From the NCBI GenBank assembly GCA_963827755.1, contig CAWHCQ010000051.1, positions 1 to 10,772 of the forward strand: a stretch of DNA of 10,772 bases, in the 5' to 3' direction. The position numbers were made by a program, and so were the translations under genes. Shown piece by piece: positions 6,684 through 10,772 of the stretch; positions within the stretch are counted from its first letter, which is position 1; every line of letters starts with the position of its first letter. This DNA is from an uncultured Gammaproteobacteria bacterium (GTDB lineage Bacteria; Pseudomonadota; Gammaproteobacteria; UBA9214). The notes under the pieces were generated by a model, which was given only the letters and a program-made list of their open reading frames with translations, ran no database searches and was not told the DNA's origin.

Positions 6684-6745
6684 TTTATTCAGCCAAGAAG
6701 AAGTAGTCCATGGATGCTGGTTCCACATAACAGGGGGGAGTTGCA

Positions 6746-7393
6746 ATGATAAATGTAATGCTGGTAGACGATCATGGCCTGGTACGTTCGGGTATTAAAC
6801 GCATACTCGCAGATGTCAGTGATATTGATGTGGTTGCCGAGGCCGACAGCGGTGAGCAGGCAGTCACGCAGGCCCGCAGGCTTAAACCTGATGTCATCCT
6901 GATGGATCTGAGCATGCCGGGTATTGGCGGACTGGAGGCAACCCGGAAGATTACCCGTTCAATGCCTGATGCGAAGATCATCGCCGTGACCATTCACGAG
7001 GATGATCCCTTTCCTGCCCGGCTTCTCGAGGCGGGGGCTGTCGGTTACCTCACCAAGGGATGCGATGTCAGTGAAATTATCAAGGCCATCAAATCGGTTT
7101 ACCGGGGCGCGCAGTACCTGACGCCCGATGTTGCCCAGAAACTTGCACTGTCGCTTGTCCATCATCGTGACAAGGCCCCGCTTGAAGAACTGACGCAGCG
7201 AGAACTACAGGTGATGCTGATGATCGTCAAAGGGGAGCCGAACAAGGCCATATCGGAAAAGCTGTGTCTGAGCCCGAAGACCACCAGTACCTATCGCTAT
7301 CGCCTGTTTGAGAAGCTCGAGGTGTCGAATGACGTCGAGCTGACCCGGTATGCCATCCGCCATGGTCTTATCAAGGAAAATATCATGCACTGA
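6746..7393 (+). CDS. uvrY: UvrY/GacA/SirA response regulator (receiver domain plus LuxR HTH)
   Basis: MINVMLVDDHGLVRSGI, DVILMDLSMPGIGGLEATRK, DDPFPARLLEAGAVGYLTKG and LCLSPKTTSTYRYRLFEKL..NDVELTRYAIRHG; syntenic with uvrC-pgsA. Confidence 0.95.
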   Translation: MINVMLVDDHGLVRSGIKRILADVSDIDVVAEADSGEQAVTQARRLKPDVILMDLSMPGIGGLEATRKITRSMPDAKIIAVTIHEDDPFPARLLEAGAVGYLTKGCDVSEIIKAIKSVYRGAQYLTPDVAQKLALSLVHHRDKAPLEELTQRELQVMLMIVKGEPNKAISEKLCLSPKTTSTYRYRLFEKLEVSNDVELTRYAIRHGLIKENIMH

Positions 7394-7435
7394 CAGGCCG
7401 GCGCAGGACGTCCCTCGCTCTGCGCGCCTTTGTCA
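7391..7435 (+). other. Imperfect hairpin overlapping the uvrY stop
   Basis: Nested pairs TGACA/TGTCA, GGC/GCC and GCGCAG/CTGCGC; no clear U-tract. Confidence 0.3.
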
Positions 7436-7479
7436 CATGACTGTCGAAGCGATTGCTGGCCAGGGTTTGTCTGGCGTGG

Positions 7480-7525
7480 TTTATATTAATAATAATAAAA
7501 ACAGTAATATATAGAAATATAATAA
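7480..7525. promoter_or_regulatory. Very AT-rich tract, possibly a nucleoid-protein (IHF-like) site or UP element
   Basis: 43 of 46 bases are A/T in a GC-rich background. Confidence 0.35.
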
Positions 7526-7669
7526 GGTAGTTTCCAGCTCGGGTTTGGTGCCGGAGCCGGTAGGGCCGGGCGGGCTGGCCTCTCAAAATGTTACCCTCTG
7601 CGTTGCCGGCACCGGTTTCGCGCTCGATCCCGCGTGTCTGTCCCGAGAACAGTTTCACCGAAGACCTGA

Positions 7670-8338
7670 ATGTCACAGAAAAATTTGCTGAAGTTTGATC
7701 CGGACTGCAGGGCTTGCACCCGGCTGTCCGCATTTCTCGATACGACCGCTGCAAAATACCCGGACTACCATGCGCGACCTGTAGCCCCTTTCGGTGATGC
7801 AGGCGCACACCTGTTAATTGTCGGGCTTGCGCCTGGCATGCACGGCGCCAATGCCAGCGGACGTCCGTTTACCGGCGACCATGCGGGTATCCTGCTCTAT
7901 CAAACCCTGTTCGATTACGCGTTCAGTAATCAGCCTGAATCGGTGTCGCTGGATGATGGCCTGCAACTGTACGACTGTCGCATCACCAATGCCGTGAAGT
8001 GTTTGCCACCACAGAACAAGCCCTTGCTTGAGGAAGTAAGGAACTGTAATGACTTTCTGCGCGCCGAACTGGACGATTTGCCGCACCCGTCTGTCATCAT
8101 TGCACTGGGCAAGCTCGCGCACGATGCGGTATTGCGCACACTGGGGATGCGCCTCTCGAGCTACAAGTTTGCACATGCCGGCATGCACAACATTGCAGAA
8201 GGCCGGCTGCTGATAGATTCCTACCATTGCAGTCGCTACAACACCCAGACGCGCCGCCTCACGCCCGCTATGTTCAGCGACGTATTCCGGCTGGCCCGCG
8301 AGGCCCTGGACAAGCAGGGCGGACCGGCAGCCGCATGA
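7670..8338 (+). CDS. Uracil-DNA glycosylase family 5 (UdgB-like, 4Fe-4S)
   Basis: CRACTRL, motif A GLAPGMHGANASGRPFTGD, ITNAVKCLPPQNKP...NC and motif B SYHCSRYNTQTRRLT. Confidence 0.9.
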   Translation: MSQKNLLKFDPDCRACTRLSAFLDTTAAKYPDYHARPVAPFGDAGAHLLIVGLAPGMHGANASGRPFTGDHAGILLYQTLFDYAFSNQPESVSLDDGLQLYDCRITNAVKCLPPQNKPLLEEVRNCNDFLRAELDDLPHPSVIIALGKLAHDAVLRTLGMRLSSYKFAHAGMHNIAEGRLLIDSYHCSRYNTQTRRLTPAMFSDVFRLAREALDKQGGPAAA

Positions 8339-10176
8339 GCAAATCGCCCGTAACCGGTCACGCAGCCACTTTTGATCCGCGGGTGTTTCTGGGGACACTG
8401 ACATCACGCCCGGGTATTTACCGGATGCTGGACGTTGACAAAAATGTACTCTACGTCGGCAAGGCAGGAAACCTGAAGAAGCGCGTCAGCAGTTATTTCA
8501 GGAAAAGCGGCCTGAGTGCCAAGACCCGCGCACTGGTCGAGCAGATTGCCGGTATCGAAGTCACGGTTACCCACACGGAAGGCGAGGCGCTGTTGCTGGA
8601 AAGCAACTTGATCAAGAAATTCATGCCGCGCTACAACGTGCTGTTGCGGGATGACAAGAGTTATCCCTATATCTACATGTCGTCGGACCAGGACTACCCC
8701 AGGGTTACCCTGCACCGTGGCGCGCGGCGCAGAAAAGGGCGCTATTTCGGACCCTATCCCAGTGCCGGTGCAGTGCGCGCAAGTCTGCATATGCTGCAGA
8801 AACTGTTCAGGGTGCGGCAGTGCGAGGACAGTTTTTTTTCGAATCGCAGCCGTCCATGCCTGCAATACCAGATCAGGCGCTGCACAGCCCCCTGCGTCGG
8901 CATAATCAGCCCCGAAAAATACGCAGAAGATGTAAGGCGCACGACCCTGTTCCTCGAGGGCAAGAGCAGCCAGGTGGTCGATGATCTGGTGGCTGCCATG
9001 AAAAAGGCATCTGCCCGGCAGGATTATGAGCAGGCTGCAGTTTGCCGCGACCAGATTGCAAACCTGCACCGGCTGCTGGAAAAACAATATATCAGCAAGG
9101 AGAAAGGCGATCTGGACATTATTGCCTGCCTGACACGCAAGAGCAGTGCCTGTGTGCAGGTGTTTTTTGTACGTGGCGGCCGTAATCTCGGCAATGCGAC
9201 GTTCTTCCCCAAAGTTCCGCTTGAGTTCGACAGTGCGGCTGTGCTGTCGGCCTTTATTCCGCAGTACTATCTCGGCAAGGACATTCCGGCTGAATTGCTG
9301 CTCAGCCACGTACCGGAAGACAGCCGCCTCATCGGGGACGTGCTCAGTGAGCATGCCGGGCACAAGGTCGTGCTGCGGTCGAATGCACGCAGCGACCGGT
9401 CGCGCTGGATGAAAATGGCTGTGGAGAATGCCGAGTTCGCCTTGAACGCCTACCTGAATACACGGCAAGGATATGCGGGGCGCCTGCGTGCGCTGATGGA
9501 CGCTATCGATCTTGACGAGCTGCCGGAGCGGATCGAGTGTTTCGATATCAGCCACACCAGTGGCGAGTCCACCGTGGCTTCCTGCGTTGTATTTGGCATT
9601 GAAGGGCCGTTAAAATCAGACTATCGACGGTTCAACATCAGGGATATCGAGCCGGGAGATGACTATGGCGCAATGGAGCAGGCGTTAACCCGGCGTTATA
9701 CTCGAATCAGGAAAGGGGAAGGCAGGCTGCCGGACCTGCTGCTGATTGACGGTGGCAAGGGTCAGGTAAGCGCGGCCCGCAGGGCCCTGGAGGAGCTGCA
9801 AATCATGGAAGTGCGGATTATCGGTGTTGCCAAGGGACCGGGGAGAAAGCCGGGTCTGGAGACACTGCATATCCCGGGTCGTGCAGGGACACTGCTGCTG
9901 CCGGCTGATTCCGCGGCACTTCACCTGATTCAACAGGTACGCGACGAGGCGCACCGTTTTGCCATCACCGGGCACCGTGCAAGGCGCGCAAAATCCAGGA
10001 ATACCTCTCCGCTTGAACAGATACCCGGCGTCGGTCCGAAGCGCCGTCAGCAATTATTGCAGCAGCTGGGCGGATTGAAGGAAGTTGCCCGGGCCGGGGT
10101 TGAAGATCTGTCGATGGTCAGGGGCATCAACCGGACACTGGCGCAGCAGATTTATGATGCCTTTCATGGCGAGTAA
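8335..10176 (+). CDS. uvrC: Excinuclease ABC subunit C (613 aa)
   Basis: GIY-YIG (PGIYRM..VLYVGKA.NLKKRVSSYF), PRYNVLLRDDKSYPY, the Cys cluster, a UVR domain, IECFDISH, LIDGGKGQ, RDEAHRFA and a C-terminal HhH. The start at 8335 overlaps the UDG stop (ATGA), so the ORF-track start at 8227 is too far upstream. Confidence 0.97.
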   Translation: MSKSPVTGHAATFDPRVFLGTLTSRPGIYRMLDVDKNVLYVGKAGNLKKRVSSYFRKSGLSAKTRALVEQIAGIEVTVTHTEGEALLLESNLIKKFMPRYNVLLRDDKSYPYIYMSSDQDYPRVTLHRGARRRKGRYFGPYPSAGAVRASLHMLQKLFRVRQCEDSFFSNRSRPCLQYQIRRCTAPCVGIISPEKYAEDVRRTTLFLEGKSSQVVDDLVAAMKKASARQDYEQAAVCRDQIANLHRLLEKQYISKEKGDLDIIACLTRKSSACVQVFFVRGGRNLGNATFFPKVPLEFDSAAVLSAFIPQYYLGKDIPAELLLSHVPEDSRLIGDVLSEHAGHKVVLRSNARSDRSRWMKMAVENAEFALNAYLNTRQGYAGRLRALMDAIDLDELPERIECFDISHTSGESTVASCVVFGIEGPLKSDYRRFNIRDIEPGDDYGAMEQALTRRYTRIRKGEGRLPDLLLIDGGKGQVSAARRALEELQIMEVRIIGVAKGPGRKPGLETLHIPGRAGTLLLPADSAALHLIQQVRDEAHRFAITGHRARRAKSRNTSPLEQIPGVGPKRRQQLLQQLGGLKEVARAGVEDLSMVRGINRTLAQQIYDAFHGE

Positions 10177-10194
10177 GCCCTCAGGAATAAATAC

Positions 10195-10770
10195 ATGAAC
10201 TGGACCATTCCAAATATACTGACGCTGCTGCGTATTATCCTGATACCGGTTCTGGTGCTGGTGTTTTACCTGGCAGGCCCATGGTCATACCAGCTCAGTG
10301 CTGCAATTTTCGGTTTGGCGGCATTGACCGATATGCTCGATGGTTATCTTGCCAGGCGTCTTCGGCAGATATCGGTGTTCGGGGCATTTCTCGACCCGGT
10401 GGCCGACAAGCTGATGGTTGCCGTGGCGCTGGTGCTGCTGGTGCAGGACAACCCCAGCCCGTTATTTGCCATTCCCGCGGTAGTCATCATCGGCCGTGAA
10501 ATTGCCATCTCGGCCTTGCGCGAATGGATGTCGGAAATCGGGGAGCGCACCAAGGTGGCGGTATCCGTTATCGGCAAGATAAAAACGATTACCCAGATGG
10601 TCGCGATCCTGTTGTTGCTCTACAAGCTGCCCATCGGTCCCTTGCCGACACATGATATAGGGCTGGTCCTGCTCTATGTGGCTGCCATCCTGACCCTCTG
10701 GTCCATGTTCGTTTACCTGCGGGCCGCCTGGCCCATCCTGAGCGGTAATTCAGGCGTGGATCCCGGGTAG
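10195..10770 (+). CDS. pgsA: CDP-diacylglycerol--glycerol-3-phosphate 3-phosphatidyltransferase
   Basis: IPNILTLLRI, the CDP-alcohol phosphotransferase motif DMLDGYLARR..FGAFLDPVADK, GREIAISALREWM and GKIKT..QM; AGGA SD; canonical position after uvrC. Confidence 0.96.
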   Translation: MNWTIPNILTLLRIILIPVLVLVFYLAGPWSYQLSAAIFGLAALTDMLDGYLARRLRQISVFGAFLDPVADKLMVAVALVLLVQDNPSPLFAIPAVVIIGREIAISALREWMSEIGERTKVAVSVIGKIKTITQMVAILLLLYKLPIGPLPTHDIGLVLLYVAAILTLWSMFVYLRAAWPILSGNSGVDPG

Positions 10771-10772
10771 AG

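Noticed and set aside
8227-8334. N-terminal extension of UvrC in the ORF track
   Set aside because: It overlaps the UDG coding region; the ATGA-coupled start at 8335 gives a normal-length UvrC.
8404-9555. 383-aa antisense ORF
   Set aside because: Shadow ORF of uvrC with no independent motifs.
10771-10772. tRNA-Gly cluster commonly found after pgsA
   Set aside because: It would lie outside the window, so it cannot be supported here.

Overview
This is a GC-rich chromosomal segment, most likely from a sulfur-oxidising gammaproteobacterium. The left part (1-6346) is a sulfur-oxidation accessory cluster with no dsrAB core genes in the window. It contains the N-terminus of a YiiD/FabY-like GNAT, a 2OG-Fe(II) oxygenase, an Sfum_1244-like protein, an uncharacterised protein, an Alvin_2107-like sulfur-globule oxidation protein, a cytoplasmic Sel1-repeat protein, DsrS and siroheme synthase CysG. 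The right part is the conserved uvrY(gacA)-uvrC-pgsA locus, here interrupted by a 276-bp spacer and a family-5 uracil-DNA glycosylase translationally coupled to uvrC. Three apparent single-base frameshifts (near 677, 981 and 3593) distort the ORF track: they truncate the oxygenase, extend the Sfum_1244-like ORF and fuse the Sel1 gene to dsrS. Non-coding features include a bidirectional terminator, a GTAG-type REP doublet with compensatory changes, a palindromic extended -10 between divergent genes and a probable leaderless promoter. Family names are recalled from sequence motifs; no database search was run.
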